From a virus, in IMG/VR virus record IMGVR_UViG_3300036987_000083, positions 32,001-96,000 of that record: a stretch of DNA of 64,000 nucleotides, one strand, 5' to 3'. Positions 1 to 7,839 of this stretch are shown piece by piece. The notes under the pieces are model-generated. The model did not search any database. It was given only the letters and a program-made list of their open reading frames with translations, and was not told the DNA's origin. The position numbers were made by a program, and so were the translations under genes. Within the stretch, counting starts at the first letter, position 1. Each line of letters opens with the position of its first letter.

Positions 1-37
1 AGACGATGTCTTGCGTCGAATAGGGCGTCTTGTTCAT
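1..37 (-). CDS. partial hypothetical protein running off the left edge
   Basis: ATG at 37 overlaps the TGA of 34..270 (ATGA); frame open to the edge. Confidence 0.5.
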   Translation of the reverse strand, partial: MNKTPYSTQDIV

Positions 38-270
38 TTGTTCTCCTTCGCCGCGAGGGCGGAGTTGGCAATATCGACGACCGAGCGCTCGTCGTCCATC
101 GGCTCAAAGAGCGAGCCCGGCAGGTCGTGCCCGGAGTGCAGAATCAGTTCCAGCGCCTCCTCCAATACCTTCACCCGTGCCACGAGGCGGTCGTTGATTT
201 CGTGCATCCGTGCCAATGCCACATTGTAGGTAGGCACGCATGGACAGCATTTGGTGCGCGGGTCGCTCAC
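34..270 (-). CDS. hypothetical protein, ARVxxLEEAL/ALAAKE-tail family
   Basis: GTGA overlap with upstream gene; shared terminal motif. Confidence 0.7.
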   Translation of the reverse strand: MSDPRTKCCPCVPTYNVALARMHEINDRLVARVKVLEEALELILHSGHDLPGSLFEPMDDERSVVDIANSALAAKENK

Positions 271-632
271 GTCTCCCCCTTCGCCGCGAGGGTGCGCCGC
301 ATGTCACACAGCATTGCGTCGTAGGCGCAGGCTCGGCACACGTCCCACGGCTCCGCGTCTTCGTCTTTGTGGTCGTGCTCCCACTCAGATGCGTCATGCC
401 CAAGATGACTCACGACGCGCCAAAGCGCCTTCTCCAACTTCGCGATGCGCGCCTCATCTCTGATTTGTCGGCGCACGCTACCTTCTTCCAGCTTCTTCAC
501 CCGCGCCGTGAGGCGGAGGACTTCGGCGCGGAGGCGCGCGTCGTTGTCGAGAATGTCGTCGCGTTCCTCGTCGGTGATGAGGTGCATTCCGCCCGTCTGC
601 GTCTTCAACTTCGCCAGCGTTGCACGCTTCAC
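267..632 (-). CDS. hypothetical coiled-coil protein, ALAAKE-tail family
   Basis: GTG at 632 overlaps the stop of 629..1156; CxxC near the C-terminus. Confidence 0.7.
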   Translation of the reverse strand: MKRATLAKLKTQTGGMHLITDEERDDILDNDARLRAEVLRLTARVKKLEEGSVRRQIRDEARIAKLEKALWRVVSHLGHDASEWEHDHKDEDAEPWDVCRACAYDAMLCDMRRTLAAKGET

Positions 633-1156
633 GGCCCCTCCTCGCAGCAGTAGAAGCACGCACAGTCGTCGGGGTGGGGCTGCGGCCCCTCCTTCGCCGC
701 GAGGGCGGCGCAGGCGCGACACGGCTCCACGCGGTCGACGCATTCGTGGTCCCACTCTGGGTCGGCGCACTTGTAGCAGTCGATGTTCACGGTCCCATTA
801 CAGTGCTTGCGCAGCGCCTCCTCCAGCACGCGGACGCGCGAGGCGAGGCGTCGTGTATCGCGCTCAACTTTCCGTACTTCTTCGTGGTTCCATCGGCCCG
901 ATGACTTCTCACTCGCCGCGAGGGCGGCGCACGCAGCGTCTACGGCGTCAGACCAGTCATGCCCGCCAGTCCACGCAGCATCACTCCACGCAGCATCACG
1001 CGACATCAGCAGTCCACGTATCGCCGCCTCCAACTCCGCGATGCGCTCCGACGCCTCGACGCTGCCCATCGACAGCGAGTCCGCCACGGCGTCGCGCGTC
1101 GCGTCGGCCTCGTCGGCCTCGCGCGCCAGGGCACGCAGCTTGTCTCCGAGTGTCAT
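629..1156 (-). CDS. hypothetical protein built of several ALAAKE-type modules, Cys-rich tail
   Basis: ATGA overlap at 1153-1156; internal ALAASE and ALAAKE motifs. Confidence 0.7.
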   Translation of the reverse strand: MTLGDKLRALAREADEADATRDAVADSLSMGSVEASERIAELEAAIRGLLMSRDAAWSDAAWTGGHDWSDAVDAACAALAASEKSSGRWNHEEVRKVERDTRRLASRVRVLEEALRKHCNGTVNIDCYKCADPEWDHECVDRVEPCRACAALAAKEGPQPHPDDCACFYCCEEGP

Positions 1157-1443
1157 GCGTCCTCCTTCGCCGCGAGGGCGGCGCGGGCAGCAGCCTGTGA
1201 CTGCTCCCACTCGCAGTCACACGGGTATTCGGACGGCTCGTGGGCCGGAGCATCGAGGACTCGCGCCAGTGCCGCCTTCAGTCGAGCGTTCTCGTCCCGG
1301 AGGTCCAACACTTCGCGCACGGCGCGATTCTCGAACTGGTTGGCCGGGGACTCAGCCTCTCGGGTGAGATACCGTTCGTAATAGCCATCCAACCCCTCTG
1401 TTGTCAGGCGATCCCGCCTCGCTCTGCCGTACCCGTCGCTCAT
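1153..1443 (-). CDS. hypothetical protein, ALAAKE-tail family, leaderless
   Basis: TTGACA-N18-TACTAA-N6-ATG upstream. Confidence 0.75.
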   Translation of the reverse strand: MSDGYGRARRDRLTTEGLDGYYERYLTREAESPANQFENRAVREVLDLRDENARLKAALARVLDAPAHEPSEYPCDCEWEQSQAAARAALAAKEDA

Positions 1444-1480
1444 GTCCTGTTAGTAGCACAACGGCACTGCCTATGTCAAG

Positions 1481-1799
1481 GATGAGGCGGCTGTGGTGCT
1501 GGTGTGGTTGCTTGGGCTCTTGGCACGCCAGGCCCGGGGAGCACAACCTCTCCCTTCGGGCCTGGCGCGGGCACCCTCCGGGGCGCCTCCGTTGCGGCCG
1601 CGCAGAGGACTGCCGCTAGTTACCGGTGTTGGTCAGTCTGCGCGGCAGTTACTGTTGTGTCGTTGGGCGGCGCTTTCTTGAGGAATGTCCCGGCTCGGCC
1701 CCGCTCCTGGGTACTGGGTCCTTGGTGGAAAAACGAGCGCGCAGCCTAGGCGGCTGTATTGGCTACTTGTCCCTGTCTCGCAGGGCGCGCCCTGAAGGG
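1481..1799 (-). ncRNA. candidate structured non-coding RNA
   Basis: about 320 nt with no convincing ORF; several stems (CGCCAGGCCCG/CGGGCCTGGCG, ACTGCCGC/GCGGCAGT, CGCGCAGA/TCTGCGCG). Confidence 0.3.
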
Positions 1800-1985
1800 T
1801 TAGGTGATGGACGCCTGCGCCTGCTCCAGGCACTGCTTCGCGAAGGCATCCCGCGCGGTGTAGTTGCGGATGGGGTTCTCCTTGTCGAAGGCCTTGAGCT
1901 GCTCCGAGACGGCCTGCATCACCTTGGTGTTCCGGTTCGAGCGAGTCTTGCTAGCCCGAACCTGCGCCTTCGTACGGTTTCCCAT
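1800..1985 (-). CDS. small basic hypothetical protein
   Basis: AAGGAG SD and own promoter at 2042. Confidence 0.65.
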   Translation of the reverse strand: MGNRTKAQVRASKTRSNRNTKVMQAVSEQLKAFDKENPIRNYTARDAFAKQCLEQAQASIT

Positions 1986-2043
1986 GTGCTACTCCTTGGT
2001 TCTTCGAGTGGAGAACATCTATACTGCATGCAGACTGCCCTTG

Positions 2044-2292
2044 TCAAGGGCCAAGAGGCCAGCATATCTCCCAGCTTCCGTTAGCATTGCGCCTCCAGAC
2101 GGTATGGACTACCTCCGTGCCCAAATCGCGTACTTGCACGCTGTACTCCGGCGGGTTGAAGAGCTTCGACACTTTCTCCAGTCGGTCAGCGGCGGCCTGC
2201 GCCGCAAGTAGCCCCTCGTACACGCCCTCCACTTGGTAGATGACTTCCTTGGCGTCATCCAGGCCGGAGGACATCAGGATGTAGACTCTCAC
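2044..2292 (-). CDS. hypothetical protein (start uncertain)
   Basis: ORF whose TGA lies inside the next TTGACA. Confidence 0.55.
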   Translation of the reverse strand: MRVYILMSSGLDDAKEVIYQVEGVYEGLLAAQAAADRLEKVSKLFNPPEYSVQVRDLGTEVVHTVWRRNANGSWEICWPLGP

Positions 2293-2445
2293 GGCATCAC
2301 CACAAAGGAGCTGGTGAGGGTACGCGGACTCTGCATCGGGGCGGTGTCGAGGACCATACGCGTCTTGTAGCACAAAAAGACCGTCGTTGTCAAGTACATC
2401 CTAGTGGAATGTGGGTAGGGAGTTTTCTGTACCCTGTCGCTGTCA

Positions 2446-2461
2446 GCGACCATGTGGTCGC
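2446..2461. repeat. 16-bp palindrome GCGACCA-NN-TGGTCGC
   Basis: GCGACCATGTGGTCGC. Confidence 0.95.
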
Positions 2462-2522
2462 GGGTGCCTGGGTAGGGCTACCGATGAGCTATAGGCCTGA
2501 GTAGCCCGAGCTACTTCCCGAG

Positions 2523-2594
2523 TGACCCCACCGGGATTCGAACCCGGATTCTCACCTTGAAAGGGTGGCGACCTAACCCTTAGTCGATGGGGCC
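2523..2594 (-). tRNA. trnE: tRNA-Glu(UUC)
   Basis: cloverleaf; loop CTTTCAA; TTCGAAT T-loop; no encoded CCA. Confidence 0.95.
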
Positions 2595-2687
2595 TTGCTG
2601 CTGTTTTTCTAGCATGAGGTGAGTAGAAGTACGAAGATTACGGGGGACCACGTCAACAGCGTTTCGATTACAACTTGTTTTGTCATA

Positions 2688-2759
2688 TAGACGCGGCTGG
2701 ATTCGAACCAGCGACCCGCTCCGTGTAAGGAAGCAGCTCTACCCCTGAGCTACGCGCCT
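2688..2759 (-). tRNA. trnV: tRNA-Val(UAC)
   Basis: cloverleaf; stem GCTTC/GGAGC, loop CTTACAC. Confidence 0.93.
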
Positions 2760-2760
2760 G

Positions 2761-2833
<73 letters not shown>

Positions 2834-2920
2834 AAACAACAGGGGCGTGGGATATTACCTTTCGGATTGACTTCCCCAGTTTAAGCCCCGGATCAAACCC
2901 TGGAGCACCCCCTTTTCCGC

Positions 2921-3100
2921 TTAGCCGATATCCTCCACAAGGACAGTCTTCCGTCCCGCCGCCTTGGCTTTCTCCGCCGCCGCAGCGTAAATCCGTTCCA
3001 CCACCCGGCTGAGTTCCTCGATGGCTTCCGCCCCGGTACGAAGACCCTGGGCCTTCCCAAGGGCTTTCACTTTGCTAGTTACTACTAGAATTTCGGACAT
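2921..3100 (-). CDS. bacterial-type histone-fold protein (Bd0055/HBb-like), 59 aa
   Basis: MSEILVVTSKVK...AIEELSRVVE...AKAAGRKTVLVEDI, typical alpha2-L2-alpha3 RKTVxxxDI signature; AAGGA SD. Confidence 0.85.
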   Translation of the reverse strand: MSEILVVTSKVKALGKAQGLRTGAEAIEELSRVVERIYAAAAEKAKAAGRKTVLVEDIG

Positions 3101-3237
3101 GGGTTTTCCTTGTTGTACGGTTATGGACAAGAGCAGCCTACGTGATGAGCCCGCCAGTCGGGGCACCACGGTTTGTCGCCGCCATCCGGATGAGGGATAC
3201 CTTCTGCGGAGCGCTTAGTCAACCACAGTAGTTCTGA

Positions 3238-3432
3238 CTACTTGATTGGGTTCTCGTCTACATCCACGATGCGGAGACGGCGCTTACGCGCTACGCCTGC
3301 GGTAATGGCCTCCGAAGCGGTGTAGTCGCTGTGGCTGTGCTCCGTAAAGCACTCTTGGGTGCAGATGGCCTTCAGCCTTCCACCTTCGTACAGCCGCTCT
3401 CCGCACTCCTTCTTCTTGGTCGCGTCATCCAT
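3238..3432 (-). CDS. small Cys/His hypothetical protein, leaderless
   Basis: TTGACA-N18-TATGTA-N6-ATG. Confidence 0.7.
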   Translation of the reverse strand: MDDATKKKECGERLYEGGRLKAICTQECFTEHSHSDYTASEAITAGVARKRRLRIVDVDENPIK

Positions 3433-3477
3433 GCTCTGTACATAGCACGATGTACCTGCCGGTGTCAAGCGGCGGGA

Positions 3478-3702
3478 CTAGGAAGAGTTCGAGCTGTGGT
3501 GGGTGCTCGTCGCCCTTGAACGCAGGATGGAGTGCATCCTCCTCCGCACCACCGACCCTGACCACGACGTCGACCACGCCCTCGACCTCGACCACGCCCT
3601 CGACCTCGACCTCGACCTCGACCTCGACCTCGACCGCAGCCACGCCCTCGACCACGCCCTCGACCATGACTTCGTCAGCCGCCTAACAATCATCAGGCTC
3701 AT
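3478..3702 (-). CDS. Ser/Arg/Trp-rich peptide 5 (MSLMIVRR...)
   Basis: ATGA overlap; AAAGGA SD; shared N-terminal motif. Confidence 0.7.
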   Translation of the reverse strand: MSLMIVRRLTKSWSRAWSRAWLRSRSRSRSRSRSRAWSRSRAWSTSWSGSVVRRRMHSILRSRATSTHHSSNSS

Positions 3703-3959
3703 ACGGTCCTTTCTCTTGAATGGCGAGTGGAGCGCATCCAGCACGGCGTGCTCGACCTCGCCCTTGAGATCGAATGTGACCTCGATATCGACTGTGCGTT
3801 AGACCGTGACCGCGCCCGCGACGGCGACGACCACATTCCCGTCCACGCCAGTGACCACAGCCCAGTCCGCGAGCCAGACCGCGTCGACACCCGCGACCAC
3901 ACCTTCGTCCATGACCACGTCCGCGTCTTTGGCGGCCGTCTAACAACGATCAGGCTCAT
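3699..3959 (-). CDS. Ser/Arg/Trp-rich peptide 4 (MSLIVVRR...)
   Basis: ATGA overlaps at both ends. Confidence 0.7.
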   Translation of the reverse strand: MSLIVVRRPPKTRTWSWTKVWSRVSTRSGSRTGLWSLAWTGMWSSPSRARSRSNAQSISRSHSISRARSSTPCWMRSTRHSRERTV

Positions 3960-4207
3960 AAGGTCCTCGCTCTTGAACGTTGTGTGGAGCGCAACCCTCC
4001 CCGCGCCGAAACGTTTGAGCTCGACCATGCCCCCGACTTTGACTCTGATTTGGACCACAACCTGGACCCCGACCGCATCCACGACCCCAACCTGGACCTC
4101 AACTCCGACCCCGCCCTCGGCCTGGACCTCAACTCCGACCCCAACCACGACCTCGACGTCAACCACGACCATCCACCAGGGCGTCGCCGAACAATAATTA
4201 GGCTCAT
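3956..4207 (-). CDS. Ser/Arg/Trp-rich peptide 3 (MSLIIVRR...)
   Basis: ATGA overlaps at both ends. Confidence 0.7.
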   Translation of the reverse strand: MSLIIVRRRPGGWSWLTSRSWLGSELRSRPRAGSELRSRLGSWMRSGSRLWSKSESKSGAWSSSNVSARGGLRSTQRSRARTL

Positions 4208-4419
4208 ATGGCCCTTTCTCTTGAGCGGCGAGTGGAGTGCATTCGTATCCGCACCACCGACCCTGACCCTGACCTCGACCCCGACCTCGACCACGACCTT
4301 GACCTCGACCACGACCACAACCACGACCACAACCTGGACCCCGACCTCGACCTTGTATTCGACCTGGACCACGACCTCGTTTTCGACTTCGTCAGCCGCC
4401 TAACAACGAGTAGCTTCAT
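4204..4419 (-). CDS. Ser/Arg/Trp-rich peptide 2 (MKLLVVRR...)
   Basis: ATGA overlaps at both ends. Confidence 0.7.
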   Translation of the reverse strand: MKLLVVRRLTKSKTRSWSRSNTRSRSGSRLWSWLWSWSRSRSWSRSGSRSGSGSVVRIRMHSTRRSRERAI

Positions 4420-4688
4420 ACCGCCCTTCTTCTGAGGCGGCCGGGCCTACCCTCCTCTAAAATTGAACCCGTGCGCGACCATACCTGCGTCCGTAGCTTC
4501 GATAGAGCGTGGATGCGGTTTCTGGACCACGCCAGAGACTTAAACTCCTTACGTCTCGTACCCCGTACTAGTGATTTTAGCGCCAAACGCAACGGCGACT
4601 GTACTAAGGACTGTAACGTGTGACGCGGCCCTAATAGGCGCCGCGCCCGAGTCATTTCCAGTCGACGCACTACGAGTAGTGTCGTCAT
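4416..4688 (-). CDS. Arg-rich peptide 1 (MTTLLVVRR...)
   Basis: ATGA overlap with 4685..5011; same LxVRR start motif. Confidence 0.65.
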   Translation of the reverse strand: MTTLLVVRRLEMTRARRLLGPRHTLQSLVQSPLRLALKSLVRGTRRKEFKSLAWSRNRIHALSKLRTQVWSRTGSILEEGRPGRLRRRAV

Positions 4689-5011
4689 TTCGTGGCGATT
4701 GTTCCGCCCTTGAGGATTCGTGAAATCCCGACGACGGGACGTTCCACCGCGAAGTCGCCGAGGTACTCGGCTTCCACGCAGTTCGCGGGGTCGGCGACGA
4801 AGCTGTGCAGACGGCCTGCGTCAGCGATCCAGCTAGCGTCCTCCAGAAGGTAGTAGCTCGGAGTGATTGCTGCGATTCGCCCGTAGTAAATGGGGTCCGC
4901 GCAGATGATGGCGACCCAGGCCCCAGGCTTAAGCCAGGAACCTGCCTCCTGAAGGGCGTCATCGCTCACTGCCACCTGCTCGGCCCGAATTTCCTGCTTA
5001 GACTTCGACAT
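4685..5011 (-). CDS. small predicted beta-barrel protein (YYGRI...LEDASWIADAGR...VEAE), DUF6948-like from memory
   Basis: motif recalled from phage genes that precede Ser/Arg- or Gly-rich ORFs; AGGAG SD. Confidence 0.65.
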   Translation of the reverse strand: MSKSKQEIRAEQVAVSDDALQEAGSWLKPGAWVAIICADPIYYGRIAAITPSYYLLEDASWIADAGRLHSFVADPANCVEAEYLGDFAVERPVVGISRILKGGTIATK

Positions 5012-5195
5012 GGTTTTCTCCTGAGGTGAGCGCGGTACGGATTACGCAGAACCCGGCGTGACCGAGTACCCTGAACTCGGGGTCCCCGGCGCAGTTGCAG
5101 GTAAGATTGACTGCCATTTCCAGCGCCGTCTCCAACTCCCGTACCCGCGCGACGAGTCTGGTGTTGTCGGCCACAAGTTTGTCTAGTTTTTCCAT
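4998..5195 (-). CDS. hypothetical protein, ARVRELETAL family
   Basis: coupled operon member. Confidence 0.6.
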   Translation of the reverse strand: MEKLDKLVADNTRLVARVRELETALEMAVNLTCNCAGDPEFRVLGHAGFCVIRTALTSGENHVEV

Positions 5196-5434
5196 TAGTT
5201 ATGCATCCCCCGCTCCGTCCGGTGACGCAACTCGCCCAATACGGTGTTTGTCGCCCCAACGCTAAGGCTGGAGACGAACAACAATGGGGAATCGGTGCCG
5301 ATGGCGACACAGAGCAACACGCCAGTGATGACGCTAACTGCCGCGTGTGCTTGTGCCATCCGGAGGCTCACCTCGTACGCGGCGAGCAGTCTCGTTCCCA
5401 TTTGTAGAAGTTCAGCGTGGTCGTCGGATTTCAT
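5195..5434 (-). CDS. small membrane protein
   Basis: two hydrophobic stretches; ATGA overlap. Confidence 0.6.
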   Translation of the reverse strand: MKSDDHAELLQMGTRLLAAYEVSLRMAQAHAAVSVITGVLLCVAIGTDSPLLFVSSLSVGATNTVLGELRHRTERGMHN

Positions 5435-5670
5435 TGGTTTTCCTTGATGCGCGCAAGCTCTTCGCTCCAGAAGGCGTCGCGTTGCTTATCCTGGAACTCG
5501 ACTACAATCATCGGGTCTTTGGGAGTGGCGCCGCATTCGGTGGTGTCGAAGCTGACGATACGCCCTGTCTGATGGAGAAAGGAGCGGAACCGCTTATCCG
5601 CTTCGCGGTCCCCTCCGTAAATGTACCCATCTACCAAGCTAACCACCTTCACCAGGTCTCCGAGTTTCAT
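5431..5670 (-). CDS. hypothetical protein, KOW/SH3-like start (MKLGDLVKV)
   Basis: ORF and motif. Confidence 0.65.
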   Translation of the reverse strand: MKLGDLVKVVSLVDGYIYGGDREADKRFRSFLHQTGRIVSFDTTECGATPKDPMIVVEFQDKQRDAFWSEELARIKENQ

Positions 5671-5677
5671 CGCGCCC

Positions 5678-5941
5678 TCAACGCTTTCCCGGGTGTTCCG
5701 TCTTGTTAGCGTCCGCGTCTTCCGCCTTCCAGGCGCGCTGTTCCAGACTGCGAATTTCTTCCATGAGATCCTCCAAGTCGAGCCGCAGAGCAGTGGGGAG
5801 GAGGAGCTTTTCCTCTAGGGCCGCACTCAGAGAATGTGATGCCACGGAGAGGCTTTCGAGGAGACGACCCCACCTGCGGCCGTACCTCCTGTTGAATAGC
5901 TGCCTGATAGGTGGACCTTTTTTCTTACGCTTTGTATTCAC
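5678..5941 (-). CDS. hypothetical protein
   Basis: GTGA overlap; GGAGG SD. Confidence 0.6.
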   Translation of the reverse strand: MNTKRKKKGPPIRQLFNRRYGRRWGRLLESLSVASHSLSAALEEKLLLPTALRLDLEDLMEEIRSLEQRAWKAEDADANKTEHPGKR

Positions 5942-6459
5942 AATTCCTCCTTCGCCGCGAGGGCGGCTCGGGCTAGCTCGGCGGCTTCTGGTCCAGAGAA
6001 ATAAACGCCCATGACCCCATCGTCATAGCCGTTTGCAATTTGGCTTAGTGCCCACTCCAGCTTCGCGATGCGTGCCGCGAGGCGGACCTCGCGCTGTGCC
6101 CGCGCCTCGCGCTGCTTCTCGGCGGTGTCGCGGAGCGCCGCCCGTGCCGTGTCAAGGAGCCGCTGGATTGCGGCTTCCTCCGCCGCGTCGCTGATGAGCT
6201 GGCTGACTTCCGCCCGCGCCTCGTCGCGCTCAAGCAGGTGCTGCTGATTTATTACAGCGACCTGCTCGTAGCACTCCTTCCACGTCATGACGGAAAGCTC
6301 GTTCGGGTCACGGAGAGCGGTTTTTTTCCACGCGTCGCACTCCTTCTTTAGCCGCGCTACTTCCGCTCGAAGCTGCACTAGTTCAACAGCGTCTTTCTCC
6401 CGTTGCTCGATTCCCAGTTGATCCAAGTCGAAACGGATTGCCTTCTCTTGATTGCTCAT
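5938..6459 (-). CDS. coiled-coil protein, ALAAKE-tail family
   Basis: shares LRDxAExQRE and ARAALAAKE motifs with other ORFs. Confidence 0.7.
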   Translation of the reverse strand: MSNQEKAIRFDLDQLGIEQREKDAVELVQLRAEVARLKKECDAWKKTALRDPNELSVMTWKECYEQVAVINQQHLLERDEARAEVSQLISDAAEEAAIQRLLDTARAALRDTAEKQREARAQREVRLAARIAKLEWALSQIANGYDDGVMGVYFSGPEAAELARAALAAKEEL

Positions 6460-6680
6460 GCCGGGGTTCCCCTAAACGCCGCGTCGCGTGACACGACTTC
6501 TCCTGTTAGCTTCACGACTACCTTTACGGGAGGCTCATCTGAGGTTACTCCGTACACGTAAGGGTTGTGGTGGCTCTGAACGTAGTAACGCTTCGTTGTA
6601 CGCCACGCCTCTCGGGCGTCTCCAACCAAGAGGGTGTCTTGATGCCCGTCCCAGTACGTGACGACGTATTTACGCTTCAT
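6456..6680 (-). CDS. hypothetical protein
   Basis: ATGA overlaps at both ends. Confidence 0.65.
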   Translation of the reverse strand: MKRKYVVTYWDGHQDTLLVGDAREAWRTTKRYYVQSHHNPYVYGVTSDEPPVKVVVKLTGEVVSRDAAFRGTPA

Positions 6681-6916
6681 GTCGTCACCGCTCTTCCTTC
6701 GAGCGCCGCGTCCCGAAGGACAGCGCAACGCGGGCATGTGGGGATGGTGTTGCGGAGATAGTCGGCGGGAATGAGCGTGATGTCACGGCCAGTGGAGTCA
6801 GAGCACCGTGCCCCGTCGCACGCTCTGACCCAATCAGGGGTGTCTCGCTCCTGCATGAGGCCCGAACGCAGGTGTGTCCACCCCCACACCGTCGCGTGTG
6901 TCAGCGGGGCGCTCAT
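6677..6916 (-). CDS. LTHAT-RACD-CPxC family protein 1
   Basis: paralogue motif. Confidence 0.8.
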   Translation of the reverse strand: MSAPLTHATVWGWTHLRSGLMQERDTPDWVRACDGARCSDSTGRDITLIPADYLRNTIPTCPRCAVLRDAALEGRAVTT

Positions 6917-7185
6917 GGCGTCACCTCTTTTCCTTCAAGCGCCGCGTCACGCATCACAGCACATTTAGGGCATGTGGGGATTTTTTTGCGGATTTGCTCG
7001 GAGGCGATGGTGTAGCTCCAGTCAGGCTTGTTATCGCACGCCCGGCGCCACCCTTCGTCGATATTGGGTTCGTCCCCCCTCAAAACGCGTAGCCCATTCA
7101 CCGTCGCGTGCGTCAGTGGTTTTGCGTTCCGCGCCACGACGACACAACTATCCCATACGTCGGAGTGCGTTAGCGGGGCGGTCAC
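6913..7185 (-). CDS. LTHAT-RACD-CPxC family protein 2
   Basis: paralogue motif with duplicated PLTH start. Confidence 0.8.
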   Translation of the reverse strand: MTAPLTHSDVWDSCVVVARNAKPLTHATVNGLRVLRGDEPNIDEGWRRACDNKPDWSYTIASEQIRKKIPTCPKCAVMRDAALEGKEVTP

Positions 7186-7379
7186 GGACGCCTCACGACA
7201 TACCGGTAGCGACGGGGTACCGCCGATCGTTGGCCGTCACAGACTGCAATCGCACGTAGCGCGAACGCGCGTACCTTGCCTGGCGTCGCCAGGTCATGCG
7301 TCTGCTCATTTAGCATGGCGCGCACAACAGCGATGCGCTCCTCTAGGAACAGTACCTCCATTCGCTTCTTAGCAGTCAT
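7182..7379 (-). CDS. hypothetical protein
   Basis: coupled operon member. Confidence 0.55.
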   Translation of the reverse strand: MTAKKRMEVLFLEERIAVVRAMLNEQTHDLATPGKVRAFALRAIAVCDGQRSAVPRRYRYVVRRP

Positions 7380-7624
7380 GATTGGTCCGAATAGAGGATC
7401 CGCCTAATACTGCGGATGTTCCCGAGGTATCCCAGGCGCATCACCTCGCCGTGCTCATCGTGGCCAAGCGCCCCCTCGTCAGCAAGGCTTGACGAGAGAC
7501 TCTCCAACGCCACGCGCACCGTCATTGACTCGGCGGCAGTCAGGTCGAAGCCGTTAACTACTACCCGTGCTTCTTCGTGCTTCTTGCTCATGGCGTCCTT
7601 AATTACGAGGTCGGCGGCACTCAC
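7376..7624 (-). CDS. hypothetical protein, tandem paralogue of 7621..7839
   Basis: shared NG.xLx.xES..xRVALE...GALG....MR..YL pattern. Confidence 0.7.
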   Translation of the reverse strand: MSAADLVIKDAMSKKHEEARVVVNGFDLTAAESMTVRVALESLSSSLADEGALGHDEHGEVMRLGYLGNIRSIRRILYSDQS

Positions 7625-7839
7625 GGCGCTGCCTTGAGGAGGCATCGAATTCTTACGAGAGCGTCGAGGTAGGTTAGGCGCCGCATCTCGTCGTCGTTGC
7701 TGCTGCCGAGCGCGCCCGCGTTCACGAGTTTCCCTGTAAATGCCTCCAAAGCTACGCGTAGCGCTTCTGATTCGTTAGGCGACAGCCCCATACCGTTGAT
7801 GATTACCAGCGCCTCTTTGGCTGCCGTTGTGGCACTCAC
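7621..7839 (-). CDS. hypothetical protein, tandem paralogue of 7376..7624
   Basis: GTGA overlap; shared motif. Confidence 0.7.
   Translation of the reverse strand: MSATTAAKEALVIINGMGLSPNESEALRVALEAFTGKLVNAGALGSSNDDEMRRLTYLDALVRIRCLLKAAP

Noticed and set aside
1481-1799. tmRNA call
   Set aside because: No T-arm, no acceptor-stem pairing, and the candidate tag frame does not end in Ala-Ala; kept only as an unknown ncRNA candidate.
2446-2461. Canonical parS or matS identity
   Set aside because: Sequence does not match TGTTTCACGTGAAACA or GTGACRNYGTCAC; only length and symmetry are similar.
2842-2913. SRP RNA or c-di-GMP riboswitch
   Set aside because: It has a GNRA hairpin but lacks the conserved CAGG/AGCA loop and the riboswitch core.
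3425-4403. Val/Glu-rich minus frames and Asp/His/Leu- or Thr-rich plus frames over the peptide array
   Set aside because: These are alternative readings of the same hexamer repeats; only the Ser/Arg frame has SDs, ATGA coupling and a conserved start.
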